Positions 49,149-61,310 are shown, numbered from the stretch's first letter. The stretch is 64,000 nucleotides of DNA from an uncultured delta proteobacterium (GCA_963828805.1 CAWHGS010000043.1:585-64584), one strand, 5' to 3'. Numbers and translations: made by a program. The notes: generated by a model not told the origin, from the letters alone.

Positions 49149-50405
49149 TTATTTGGCTCGGGACTGGCGGTAGTACCACTGCATCTGTCCTGCGCTGCTC
49201 TCTTCGTCCACGTTCTCCATGGTAACCATCTTCTTCCCGGCGGCAGGGAGGCAACACTTCTTTCAGTTTCCACTGATTATCCAGCCGTCCGAAGGTCCAA
49301 TACTCCTCGAAAGGAGTTACGTATTCCTGCTGATCCCTGAGCTTGTCGCCTTCGTAGAAAATCCTCTGGGCGTGGGCGCTGATTCTCACCGTGTATTCGT
49401 CTTTGGAGTTATCGGCGAAATTCCGCACCAGGATCAGCTCAGCCTTTCGCACGCAGAGATTGCGGTACTCAACCCTTCGCCCATCCTTCCTCCACTGCTG
49501 AATCTGTTGACGAAGGTGCTCGGTCACCTTCGGGAATAGATCGGCTGCAGGCACCTTATCCGGGTCTCCGGATTCTTTGGTCAGGTAGACTCTCATGAAG
49601 ACCTCCCGGGCCCGTTCAAGCATCTGGTTCCGGTCCCAGAGTCTATCGGTCTGCACAAGGAAGTTCAGCATGCGCTCGATGCGGGTTGCCTTCTCCTCGG
49701 TTTCCTTCTCCAGCCAGGGTCCTGCTTCCCCTTTCTTTTCGGCCACCTCTCCGTAGATCCCCTTGACGGTGTCATCGGTCAGCATCTCGGCGAAGTTCTC
49801 TTCCTTGAGCATATCGGATTCTCCGGCCTGCTCGATCTCCCGCAGAAGCCACTCGGTCGCCAACCCGGTGGAAGGTCCAGAACTCCTGGAAACGGGCCGG
49901 CGCCTTGTCGCCTCGCAGGAATTTTCCGCTCCTGTCGTCCACATAGTAGTCTCTCGCCGATGCAGTAATCAGGGCTGTGAACTCCCGCTGATCCGGCTTC
50001 TCCGTGTACCGGACGTTGACCAGGTCGATGTATTCCACCTTGAGGTTCTCGATCCGGTTGATCTCGTGGTTCGCAACCATTCCACTTAACTGGGCCGTGT
50101 GCTGGTTGAACAGGTCCGGCATCATGAGGGGCTTCATGGGCTCATACTTCCGGGCCTGCCAGCACTCCTGGAGCTTTCGAAAAGTGGAATCGGCCAGCTT
50201 CCGCAATTCCTCGGGCTTGACCGAGGAATCCTGCTGACCGAGGAAAATCAGTAGCTTTTCGGTCTTCCCAGCCTTCGGGGACTACCTTGTTTCTGTCATA
50301 AACAAAATCAAGGTTTTCGCTCTTCTTGCTCTTCCTACTTGCTCTCCATAAGGCAATAAATATTATCGAAGAAGACAAGAATGAAAAGCCCAGAAAACAA
50401 ACCAA
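49149..50405 (-). pseudogene. membrane-anchored protein with two Tim44-like domains, interrupted
   Basis: N-terminal TM helix MVCFLGFSFLSSSIIFIALW. Domain 1 is FRKLQECWQARKY...FQEFWTFHR...WLLREIEQ. Domain 2 is AREVFMRVYL...FEEYWTFGRLDNQWKLKEVLP. My corrected tail ...KKMVTMENVDEESSAGQMQWYYRQSRAK* ends at 49149. Confidence 0.65.
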
Positions 50406-50417
50406 GATGAACCACCT

Positions 50418-52185
50418 TCACCGACCCCCGCCACTGCTGGAACTGGAACGACTGGAACTGGAACTTCCCCCCTTGTTGTGGGTCACAAAGTTTGCCGCCA
50501 AAAAGGTATTGGGCGATCCGACACTGAGGTTGTAGACCGGTTCTTCCTTTTCCCCCAGTTGGGTCCGAAGGACTGTTGCGGACCGCACTTCGCCGTCATT
50601 CCAATTAAGAACCTTCTGCCCGGGCCGGAGCCTGCCAGCCGGGATAAACCCTCCGCCCAGTAGCCCCACGGGATGGTCTGTCGTGGTCCTTAGGCAGCCA
50701 CGATCCGTTTCGACGGCAAGCACGAGCGAGCGGGTATCGAAGATCTTCTCAACCCGCGTCTCCAACCTCTGGCCCTGAGAGTCCAGCGCAAGAACCGGCT
50801 CCCCCGGGGAGAGCTTCTCAATCGCAGTTTCGCCCTTCGGGGTACAGATCGGGGTCCCTGCCGGGAAGCACCCGCCTCCCTTGTTGTGGACAACGATCCC
50901 ATCCGCTATGAATGTATTGGGCGCTTCCACCTGGAGGTTGAAGACCAACTCATCACCTACCGGATGGGAGATGCCATGCACCTTCCTTTCAACCAGCCTG
51001 CCGTCCTTCCACTTCAGGATTCGGTCTCCCGGCCGGAGTTCCCCGGCCTGTCTGAACCTTCCTCTTCCAATGCTTACAGGGTGCTCCTCTGTGGCAGCCA
51101 GGACCTCTTCGCCCGTCCTGATCTGCATGACAGGGCTTTTGCTGATAAAGAGGACTTTCACAGTGGTCCGGACGGTATGACCTTCGGTGTCAACCGCAAG
51201 AACCTCATCACCCGATGCGAGTGTCTCAATGGAAACCGTTCCATGGGGTGTCGCAATCTTTGTGCCGGCTGGGAAGCACCCCCCTCCTCCGCCCTTGTTG
51301 TGAACGGCAAGTTGGCCCGCGAAAAAGGTGTTAGGGTGATCGGTCTGGAGGTTAAAGACCTCCACTTGCTCATGGACTTTTTGCAATGAGACAATCCGCT
51401 GCTCGGCAAGCCACTTGTCCGTCCCAAGTAAAAACCGTATCCCCCTCTTTGAGCGCTTCAACGGTCTTGAACGTGCCATGTCCAACATAAAAGGGGTGCT
51501 CGGCCGTGACCCGAAGCGTTGTCTGGTCTGTCTTAAGGAGAAAGTATTCGTCGACCTTGAGACGAACGATCTCCCGCACCCTTGCCTGAACCATGCGCCC
51601 TCCAGGCTTAAAGGCCAGGAGCGTCGTCCCCCGGCCTGAGGGCACTGATTGGTGATTCTGTTCCGTCTGGCCTGAGAATCCGGCTATCCGGCAGAAAACA
51701 CCCTTTGTTATGAACAACGAGCCCCTCTGTAACAAACGTCCCGCCAGGGCTGACGAGCAGGTTATAAGCCGGCCGCCTTGCGGCCATCCGGCGGACCGAC
51801 AGAACCTGGGCTGGCGCGGAGGCGTCCATTTCGCATTTCGAAAACCGTGTCGCCCTTGCTTGAGCCGATCCGCGAGTCGGTATTCGCCCCGGCCCACCAT
51901 CAACAGATGTTCGGCAGTAACCTCCAGTCTCGACCCGGAAGCCGAAACTTCCAGAAATTCCTCTGGCTCCACCGCCGTCAGCGCCTGGACTTCGGCCCTC
52001 TTCAGCCTCCCCTCCACGACGCTCCAGACGGTGTCTCCCTTCTTCAGCCTTTCGATGGCAACCGATCCATCCGGGGTCGAAACGAGCGTACCCTCTGCCA
52101 AACACCCTCCGCCCCCCCGTGCCCACGAAATGACAGGGCTAAGACAGAGCAGGAGAACGGCTGACCACCACATCATCCACGCCAT
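50418..52185 (-). pseudogene. exported protein consisting of four tandem Hint (intein-like) modules, interrupted by frame shifts
   Basis: Signal peptide MAWMMWWSAVLLLCLSPVISWA. The four modules span 52104-51707, 51700-51297, 51278-50883 and 50870-50475. Each is Cys...TxxH...HN, and they are joined by K-G(n) linkers. The Ser/Gly tail ends at 50418. Confidence 0.7.
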
Positions 52186-52277
52186 ACGCACCTTCCTTGA
52201 TTCGTGACTGAGGCCAACACTCACATCAAACCTCATGCGTCGCGCTGCATCTCAGAGACCGGTGACCTTACTCGTGC

Positions 52278-52547
52278 TCAATGCAGGGCAGCGATCACAC
52301 CGCCCAGCACTGCAGCCGCCACAACAATGCTCAGCCCGAGAATGACGGCTCCCACGATCCGACCATAGTACTCGGCAACGGCCGTGTTCCCGCGGACAAT
52401 CTCTTTGTGCTCATCGATATCCGGGGTCAGCCGGTTAATCAGCGCCGGGACGATCAGGGAGGCGATCAGCACGAGCACCATGCCGATCAGGCCCCCGATG
52501 AACGAAAAAACCATCGACCAACCAATGTTCCGAACGGTATCAAACAT
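52278..52547 (-). CDS. DUF350 small membrane protein
   Basis: 89-aa ORF with two or three TM helices and EIVRGNTAVAEYYGRIVGAVILGLSIVVAAAV (DUF350-like). It has a GGAAAGGGGG RBS. Confidence 0.6.
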   Translation of the reverse strand: MFDTVRNIGWSMVFSFIGGLIGMVLVLIASLIVPALINRLTPDIDEHKEIVRGNTAVAEYYGRIVGAVILGLSIVVAAAVLGGVIAALH

Positions 52548-52718
52548 AGATCCCCCTTTCCGAAATGAACGATCTTAATGAGTTTCGATCTCCGACGATG
52601 TGTCATTCGCGCATGCCGGAAGCGAATCATCCATCGGAAGATTGCCTCGTCGCTATCACTCACTCCGCTGACATGCTTTTCAATGGTCGGCCCCTGCACG
52701 AACGCCGCTGCATGTTGT

Positions 52719-53279
52719 TTACTGAAACTTGACCTGGGGAGCAACCCGCTCCTGGGCAGACTCCAGCTGGAAGAACGGCTCCGCCTGGAAGTTGAACATT
52801 CCGGCAACGATATTGCTCGGGAATACCTCGATCCGGTTCTTGTACTGCTTGGCCATGTCGTTGTAGTACTGCCGCGCAAAGCCGATCTTGTTTTCGGTCG
52901 TGGCCAGTTCCTCCTGCAGGGCAAGGAAATTCTGATTCGCCTTCAGATCCGGGTAGGCCTCGGCAACGGCAAACAGCGAGCGCAGGGTTTGGGTCAGGAC
53001 GTTCTCGACCTTCGCCCGGTCTTCGATGCTCCCGGTGAAGCTGATGGCCTGCTGCCGCGCCTTGACGACAGCCTCGAGTGTCTGCCTCTCGTGGGCTGCA
53101 TAGCCCTTGACGGTTTCGACCAGGTTGGGGATCAGGTCGTACCGGCGTTTGAGCGTGACGTCAATGGAGCTCCAGGCGCTCTTCACCTCGTTCCGGCCCC
53201 GCACCAGTCCATTGTAGAGGCCGATCACATAGAAAACCAATCCAGCGACGATGACAATGAGAATAATGAAAGTCACCAC
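52719..53279 (-). CDS. lemA: LemA family protein
   Basis: N-terminal TM helix, then YNGLVRGRNEVKSAWSSIDVTLKRRYDLIPNLVETVKGYAAHE...AYPDLKANQNF, the canonical LemA pattern. The ORF is intact at 186 aa. Confidence 0.85.
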   Translation of the reverse strand: MVTFIILIVIVAGLVFYVIGLYNGLVRGRNEVKSAWSSIDVTLKRRYDLIPNLVETVKGYAAHERQTLEAVVKARQQAISFTGSIEDRAKVENVLTQTLRSLFAVAEAYPDLKANQNFLALQEELATTENKIGFARQYYNDMAKQYKNRIEVFPSNIVAGMFNFQAEPFFQLESAQERVAPQVKFQ

Positions 53280-53479
53280 CTCATCCTCTCCTTTCTCTCA
53301 TAATTGTCACTCTAAACCGTTATCCGGAACCGTGTCATGAATTAGTTCAGATGATCGCTATGTGTCAATTTCAGAAGGTCCTTGGATTTCCGCTCATTTA
53401 AAGTCGAGAACTGAACGCAGACTCCAGCAAGGCAGGATTGACCTATGGAGATGAGTCAGTTCGTTGACTTTTGCGATGT

Positions 53480-54415
53480 CTAAGACTTCCTCCGGTCCAC
53501 TTTGACTTTTCCCCGGATCTCATCGAGGCACGTGATCCCTTTTGCCTCCATATACTTTTCTATGCCATCGATGATCTCAAAAACGACCCAGGGGTCTCTA
53601 AGCAGGGCCGTGCCAACGCCAACAGCGGTGGCGCCTGCCAGGATGAATTCGATGGCATCCTCCCAGGTCATGACCCCGCCCATGCCGATGATCGGGATCG
53701 CGAACGGTCCTGTAGACATCCCACACCATTTTGATGGCAACAGGCTTAATGGCCGGACCGGAAAGCCCTCCGATCACATTCCCGAGCTTCGGCCGTTGAG
53801 TCTGGATGTCGATGGCCATTCCTGCTAGGGTATTGATCAGGGTAAGGGCATCGGCCCCGTTCTTTTCAACGCTTCGTGGCAATCAACGTGATGTCACTGA
53901 CATTCGGGGTCAGCTTTGCAATCACAGGGAGTCTGGGTGCTTGCCTTCACCAGGCGAACAATCCGACCCGCCACCTCAGGATCAGCGCCAAGACTGCATC
54001 CTCCCATCTCCAGGTTGGGGCATGAGATATTCAGTTCAATGGCTGAAATGCCCTTCCTCCCGGTCAAGGAGGGCAGCCAGCTTGGGATAATCCTCTACGT
54101 AGTTTCCTGAAATGCTGACAATGACAGGAACATCCGCATTCTCTTAAAATAGGCAGATCGTGCTCGATGAAATGTCTAACCCCCTGGCTCTGGATCCCGA
54201 TGGAATTCAGGATCCCTGACACACACTCGGCGATCCTTGGATTTGGATTGCCTGCCCGTTTTTCCAGGGTGATGCTCTTGGCCGTAAAAGCCCCCAGCAC
54301 GTTCAGATCATAGAGTTGGGCAAGTTCCTGTCCATAGCCGCGAGGTTCCTGAGGCGGTCACGATCGGATTCTTCATCTTGATGCCACAGAGCGTGACACT
54401 GAGATCAGGTTTCAT
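53480..54415 (-). pseudogene. pyrD: dihydroorotate dehydrogenase (class 1B) catalytic subunit, interrupted
   Basis: My translation from 54415 gives MKPDLSVTLCGIKMKNPIVTASGT. The fragments are 54064-54300, 53598-53882 ([12 protein letters not shown]...[12 protein letters not shown]) and 53480-53740. Confidence 0.85.
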
Positions 54416-55216
54416 CGTCCAGTACCATTTCCTCTAAATCAAAAACAGGCCCCTCGGTGCAGACCCTCTGTTTTTCGATCACCCCATTCTTCCTGACATT
54501 AACGACACAGGACAGGCAGACCCCATAACCACAGCCCATCTTTTCTTCGACAGAGACCTCGCCCTTGATATGGGCTCTCTCGGATCATGGGGATGACCGC
54601 CTTGAGCATCAGAGGAGGTCCGCATACATAGACGCGATCGATCTCTCGTTTTAACATCTCTTCCAGATGGTCACTGACAAAACCCTTTAACCCGTAATGA
54701 ACCATCGTCTGTCGTCACGATCGATCTCGGCGCCATATCTCTCGGAAGACATCGATGCCAAATCAGGATCAGAAGACCGAAACCCCAGAAGAGCGATGAT
54801 CCTGTTTCTGTTCTGAGACAATCGATCCGCCAGGCCCCACAGAGGCGCTAATGCCCACCCCTCCTCCGATCAGAAGGCAGTTCTATCGGGTCTTCGGGGA
54901 GATGAAATCCCTTTCCCAGGGGGCCCAGGAGATCTACGGTATCTCCGGGTTTCAGGCCTTTCATTGCTGCTGTTCCCTTCCCCACGATTCGATAGACAAT
55001 CTCATACGGAGGACTGCTCCGGATGGGTTCTCGCAATGCTGAAGGGCCTTCGAAGCAGAAGTTCTTCCCTGTTGTTGATCTGCAGGTTGACGAATTGGCC
55101 TGGCAGGGTCAGCTCGGGCAAGCTCGTTCATCCCTCATGACCAGAAGGTAATGATCGGTGCAGAGCGGCCTGTTTTCGACGACGGAGGACTTATGATGAA
55201 GCTTTGATTCTTCCAT
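54405..55216 (-). pseudogene. pyrK: dihydroorotate dehydrogenase electron-transfer subunit, interrupted
   Basis: My translation from 55216 gives MEESKLHHKSSVVENRPLCTDHYLL. Fragments include ...VYRIVGKGTAAMKGLKPGDTVDLLGPLGKGF and ...VYVCGPPLMLKAV. The corrected tail carries the Fe-S Cys motif CGYGVCLSC. The stop overlaps the pyrD start. Confidence 0.75.
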
Positions 55217-55269
55217 GGACTGCCATCATACCGAAGCGACGGTAGGTTTGTCAAGAAAAGAACGTGCTT

Positions 55270-56809
55270 TTAAATAGAAGACGAGCTGACAGGGTAAGGA
55301 TCTTGAACCGTCAAAAACGAAAGCGTCATGAATACTTCTTCAAAATCTGCTTCGCCGACCATCAGGCCGCTCAAGACCTCACCCTCCAGACCCAGGTAGG
55401 GAAAGTTCTCTTTTCCGATGAAATAGAGATCTCTCGATAAACGGGTGGGATCGACCCCTTCCCTCCAGTTGAATGGCACCGGTGTCTCGTAGAGGATAAT
55501 GAGGATAAGACCATCGGCCGGTCTGTTCGCTGGCCCATTCAAAATCGGTGAAATCGAGGTATGGCTCCAAAAAAGGGATGAGATGGTTCAAATGATTCAT
55601 GATCGATTCTTGATGGGCCAAAGACACCTGGGTCCAGCTCCTGAATGGAACCAGGCTCTGGACCGTCAGCGCCCTGCGTCCCTCAGGAGCCGCCCTCTCA
55701 TCTCCTCTCGGACTGAGGCTGAGGAAAAGGACATTCCCTTCTTCATAGGGTTTTTCAAGATCGAGAATCGATACCAGCAGGTCCCTCATTCCAACCGGAA
55801 CGACCTTTTCGCGGATTCCAAAAAAACAAGGGAAAAGGATATACCGGGGCTGAATCCTCTCCAGCCATCTGGATAACGGGTTTTCCACTCTTTCCCAAAA
55901 AGATCTCGAAAAGGAGTGAAGAGGGGAATTGAGAATAAGAAATCTGACTTCGAAATACCCTCCGATCCCCTTCCAGGGTGAGGGTAAATCCCTTTCTCCA
56001 TCTCTTCTCCACCCTTTTTGCCTTTTCAATCTCCTCTATCTCTCCCCCGGATTGAAGAAAGGAGTCGAGGATTCTCCTCTCCAGATCCTTCAAGATCCAT
56101 GGAGGAAACCCACTCCCCACGCTCTTCATGGAGCAGGAGGTATGCAGCTAAGGAGATCGGAAAGGAATCTGAAAAGAGATTACCCCACGAAATCAGTTGA
56201 AGCTGGATAAACTCCCTAAACTCCTTTGAGAAAGAGGAGAGCCTCTCGTCTGTTCCAGCCTCTGGAAGGGATGAAAAGGATAGCCACTTCCGGATAAAAG
56301 ATCGGCTGATCAACAGGGAAAAAGGGAGAAGCCTCCTTCTTCTTCTGAGTCTTCAAAAGCTCCTGAAGAAGTCCGAGTTCGTCATAAAACGTCTCTATTT
56401 GAGCCATCTCTCCGGGAACTCCCTCTTCCATTCCATCCGGAAAAGCGAGGGGTCATCAAAAAGGTCTATTCTCGACTTCTGGAAGGATCACCTGAAAGGG
56501 AACCTTGCCCCGTCTCTTTCCAGGATCTCTTTCTTGCCGTAGAGATATCCCTTTCCGAATTTCCATTCCAGAAAAGAAAGGCCCAATTCCCGGGCAGATT
56601 TCTTGAAGAAGGGAAGGTCTCAGTCGCTTTTCTGAAAAATTTGAAAAAGGGGTAAATCGGTATCCGTCCCGTCGATAGGACGTTTGATATCCCTTCTCCC
56701 TGAGGAGAAGAACCGAATGCCTCTTCTTTGCCAACAGGGCTCCGGCGATGAGACCGCCCAGACCAGAACCTAAAACAATGACTTCATAATCATTGTCTTG
56801 GCGATTCAT
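55270..56809 (-). pseudogene. FAD-dependent oxidoreductase (phytoene desaturase/COG1233-like), heavily interrupted
   Basis: The N-terminal dinucleotide fold is YEVIVLGSGLGGLIAGALLAKKRHSVLLLRE. The rest is split over many frames. Confidence 0.55.
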
Positions 56810-56922
56810 CGATCTTAAGTGAGATCGTAATGAAGATGTTGCCCCGTTGCTTGCGGAGCACTACAGGTGGCCGGTTGAACGTTGGGTACGGAATGCGTAA
56901 GCTGAATGCCGTTCAATAGGGA

Positions 56923-57965
56923 TCAGAGATACTCGATCGTCTCTCCCTCTTTCTCCGATTTTCCAATCTCACCGATGACAGAGGCCTTTTCGCCCAGGTT
57001 ATTCAATCTTGAGAGGATATCGTCAACCTCTTTCGGCCTGACCACCAGGATCATCCCGATCCCGTTGTTGAAGGTTCTGAGCATCTCCTCTTCAGGGATA
57101 TTCCCTCTCTCTTTGAGATAGGAAAAGATGGGTGGAATATCCCAGGTCCCTTTGCGAATGATGGCCTTCGAACCCTTTGGGAATCACTCGGGGAAGATTT
57201 CCTGTGATGCCTCCGCCGGTGATATGAGCAATCCCTCCGATTTTGAAATCCCGGATGAGGTTCAGGATCGTCTTGACATAAATCTTGGTGGGTTTAAGGA
57301 GCTCTTCACCCAACACTTCACCAATCTCTTCAACCCGCTTGTCGAGGTTCATCTTATGATGTTCGATCAGGATTTTACGGACCAAAGAATAGCCATTGCT
57401 GTGCAGTCCGCTCGAGGCAATCCCGACCAGTTTATCTCCGACGGTGACACTGGACCCGTCGATCAGCTGAGCATCCTCCACAATCCCAACCACAAACCCG
57501 GCAAGATCGTACTCTCCCTCTTTGTAGAGCCCGGGCATTTCGGCCGTTTCACCGCCGATGAGAGAGCATTCCGCTTCCATACAGCCCTTCACAATTCCGC
57601 TCACCACCTTCGTTGCCCTTTCCGAATCGAGTTGGGAAGTTGCAAAATAGTCGAGGAAGAAGAGGGGCTTCGCTCCGGCTGACCACGATGTCATTCACGC
57701 ACATGGCGACCAGGTCGATTCCCACCGTATCATGGCGATCCATCAGGAAGGCAATCTTCAGTTTTGTCCCGACTCCGTCCGTCGAGGAGACCAGAATCGG
57801 TTTCTTGTAACGCTCCAGATTGAGGGAGAAGCATCCGGCAAAACCGCCGATCTTCGTCAACACCTCGGGCCGAAAGGTCGATTCCACCATCGGTTTGATC
57901 GTCTGGACAAAGGTATCTGCCTTGTCGATGTCTACTCCCGCATCTTTATACAGTGTCTTTTTCAC
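56923..57965 (-). pseudogene. purM: phosphoribosylformylglycinamidine cyclo-ligase, interrupted
   Basis: Sequence [20 protein letters not shown]...GGFAGCFSL...[11 protein letters not shown], and 57092-57694 (...[14 protein letters not shown]...). My corrected C-terminus ...VIGEIGKSEKEGETIEYL* ends at 56923. Confidence 0.9.
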
Positions 57966-58224
57966 CCTCTCCCTCTGCTTCGCTCAAAATTTACCTCTAA
58001 ATTAATCGAAGCGCTCCGAAAAGTCAACCCTTCGACACTTCAGCATATTAAATACTGGGATTGGCTCAAGGGAATCCTGAACGGGGCGATACACACTCCT
58101 CCTGAAGTGCGAAGATAGGCACAGCCGAATGGGTCGAATTCTAACCCGTTCTTGTAAAAAAACCGGTCGCACTCCGGGGACCTCTGGTAAAATAGATAAA
58201 ATTTGTGTTATTTTATATTCTTGT

Positions 58225-59262
58225 ATGAAAATCGAAGAATTTGACTACCCTCTTCCCAAATCGCTGATCGCCCAGTACCCCCCTTCGGAGAGGGGGAGCT
58301 TCCCGCTTAATGGTGGTCCACCGAAGAAGTGGAACGATTGAGCACAGGTCTTTTCAGGAGATTTCTCCAATACCTTCAGCCCGGGGGACCTCCTGGTCAT
58401 CAATAATACCCGTGTCCTTCCGGCCCGGCTCATCGGGAAAAAGGAGACAGGGGGAAGATGCGAGGTTCTTCTCATCCCCCATTGGAATGGGGCGAACGGG
58501 AGAGTGGAAGGCCCTGGTGAAAGGGATAAGAAACAAGGCAGGAGGGTCCCGAATCTCATTTTGAGCAGGGCGTTGATGCAGAGGTCAAGGAGATTAAGGA
58601 ACGGAAAGGCAACAATCCGTTTCTCAGGTCGGGACGGGGTGTCGGATATCCTCCAGAGGATTGGACATATTCCCCTTCCTCCCTATATCAAACGAGCGGA
58701 CGAACCCCCTGACAGGACGCGTTATCAGACCGTCTTTGCGGAGAGAGACGGATCGATTGCCGCGCCCACGGCAGGTCTCCATTTTACGGAGAAGATGCTC
58801 CGGTCGATTGAAAGAGAACGGGAGTAGACATTGCTTCCATTACGCTCCATGTCGGACCCGGAACCTTTATACCGCATAAAGACCGGAGGAAGTGGAGGAC
58901 CATTCGATGGAGTCTGAGTGGACCGAAATCTCTCAGGAAACATCCCGGGAGATCGAGCGAACGAAGCAGAGGGGAGGAAGAGTCATTGCCGTTGGAACAA
59001 CGACGACCAGGGCCCTCGAATCCTTCTGCAATCCGGAGGGCAGGTCAAGCCAGGGGAAGACTTTTCTTCTCTCTTTATCCATCCTCCCTATCGCTTCCGG
59101 GTGGTCGATGGGTTGGTGACCAATTTTCATCTGCCCAAATCGACGCTCATCATGCTGGTCTCTGCCTTTGCGGGAAAGGACCTTTTGATGAAGGCCTATC
59201 AGGAGGCCGTGAAACAGAAGTACCGGTTTTACAGCTATGGCGATGCCATGCTGATTTTGTAA
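58225..59262 (+). pseudogene. queA: S-adenosylmethionine:tRNA ribosyltransferase-isomerase, interrupted
   Basis: Starts MKIEEFDYPLPKSLIAQYP. Fragments include ...GHIPLPPYIKR...YQTVFAE..GSIAAPTAGLHFT and ...[53 protein letters not shown]. Confidence 0.9.
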
Positions 59263-59268
59263 GGATCA

Positions 59269-59324
59269 GGGATTGGCGATGGGGTTGGGGTTTGGCTAAT
59301 CCCCAACCCCTAATCCCTAAACCC
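59269..59324. repeat. G-rich/C-rich intergenic palindrome (REP-like element, copy 2) between queA and tgt
   Basis: The sequence is GGGATTGGCGATGGGGTTGGGGTTTGGCTAATCCCCAACCCCTAATCCCTAAACCC. The inner stem GGGGTTGGGG (59281-90) / CCCCAACCCC (59301-10) is perfect. Confidence 0.6.
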
Positions 59325-59335
59325 TTTGAGAGATT

Positions 59336-60482
<1,147 letters not shown>

Positions 60483-60506
60483 AGACCAGGGAAAAAAGGA
60501 GGAACT

Positions 60507-60832
60507 ATGGAGAACAGGTTTAGCTTATGCAATGGGAACAGCGCCAGGGGGTGGCGGAGGAGGCGCCTCTTCGATCATGAGTTTCTTGCCCATCATTCTC
60601 ATCTTCGTCGTCTTCTATTTTCTGCTCATTCGACCTCAGCAGAAACGGGCCAAGGATCACCGGAGCCTTCTGTCGCAACCTGAAAGAGGGAGATCAGGTC
60701 ATGACCAGCGGAGGAATCTACGGCCGGATCACAGGGATCAGAGATGACAAGGTGACCGTCGAAATCTCCGACAAGGTGAGAGTCAAGGTCAGCCGGGGCA
60801 ATATTGCAGGTGTGGTCAAGGGAGACGCCTGA
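60507..60832 (+). pseudogene. yajC: preprotein translocase subunit YajC, interrupted
   Basis: AAGGAGG RBS and an ATG at 60507. Sequence ...[26 protein letters not shown], then in another frame ...[50 protein letters not shown]. Confidence 0.8.
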
Positions 60833-60857
60833 GAATCTGCCAGAGAATAACTGCCGA

Positions 60858-60886
60858 TTGAAAAATCGAAAAGGATCTGTTATAAT
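60858..60886 (+). promoter_or_regulatory. consensus sigma70 promoter of the rpsF operon
   Basis: TTGAAA (60858-63), a 17-nt spacer and TATAAT (60881-86), about 60 nt upstream of the rpsF ATG. Confidence 0.6.
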
Positions 60887-60947
60887 GAGTTTTTAGCTCC
60901 TTGCTCTAAACGCTGTTTTAGGGCTATAATCCGTGAGGAGGTTAACG

Positions 60948-61307
60948 ATGAAGAAGTATGAAACCATCTTTATTCTGGACCCCGATCTCGAAGACGAAAA
61001 GATCCAATCCGCGGTCGAAAAGATCAAAGGAATCATCACCCAGGCCAATGGAGAGATCCTTAAGGTTGAGGATTGGGGAAAACGAAAACTCGCCTACATC
61101 GTCAAGAAGAAGCCCCGAGGTCATTACTATCTCATCCACTTTTCAGGATCCCCTGCTCTGCTCGCTGAATTAGAGAGAAATTTCCGCGTCATGGATGCCG
61201 TCATCAAGTTCCAATCGGTGCGATTGGATGAAAAGCACGATACCTCCTCGAAGACCTTCGTGCCTGAAGAACCCCCAGAGACGGAGACTCCTGTAGAGGA
61301 GGCATAG
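60948..61307 (+). CDS. rpsF: 30S ribosomal protein S6
   Basis: Sequence MKKYETIFILDPDLEDEKIQSAVEKIKGII...WGKRKLAYIVKKKPRGHYYLIHF. A GAGGAGG RBS lies upstream. Confidence 0.9.
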   Translation: MKKYETIFILDPDLEDEKIQSAVEKIKGIITQANGEILKVEDWGKRKLAYIVKKKPRGHYYLIHFSGSPALLAELERNFRVMDAVIKFQSVRLDEKHDTSSKTFVPEEPPETETPVEEA

Positions 61308-61310
61308 GAG

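Noticed and set aside
50418-52185. Periodic repeats of about 400 nt, considered as a CRISPR array, a tandem DNA repeat or an IS remnant
   Set aside because: The period is far too long for CRISPR. The repeats are divergent at the DNA level and encode collinear protein modules (Hint domains). No cas or transposase genes lie nearby.
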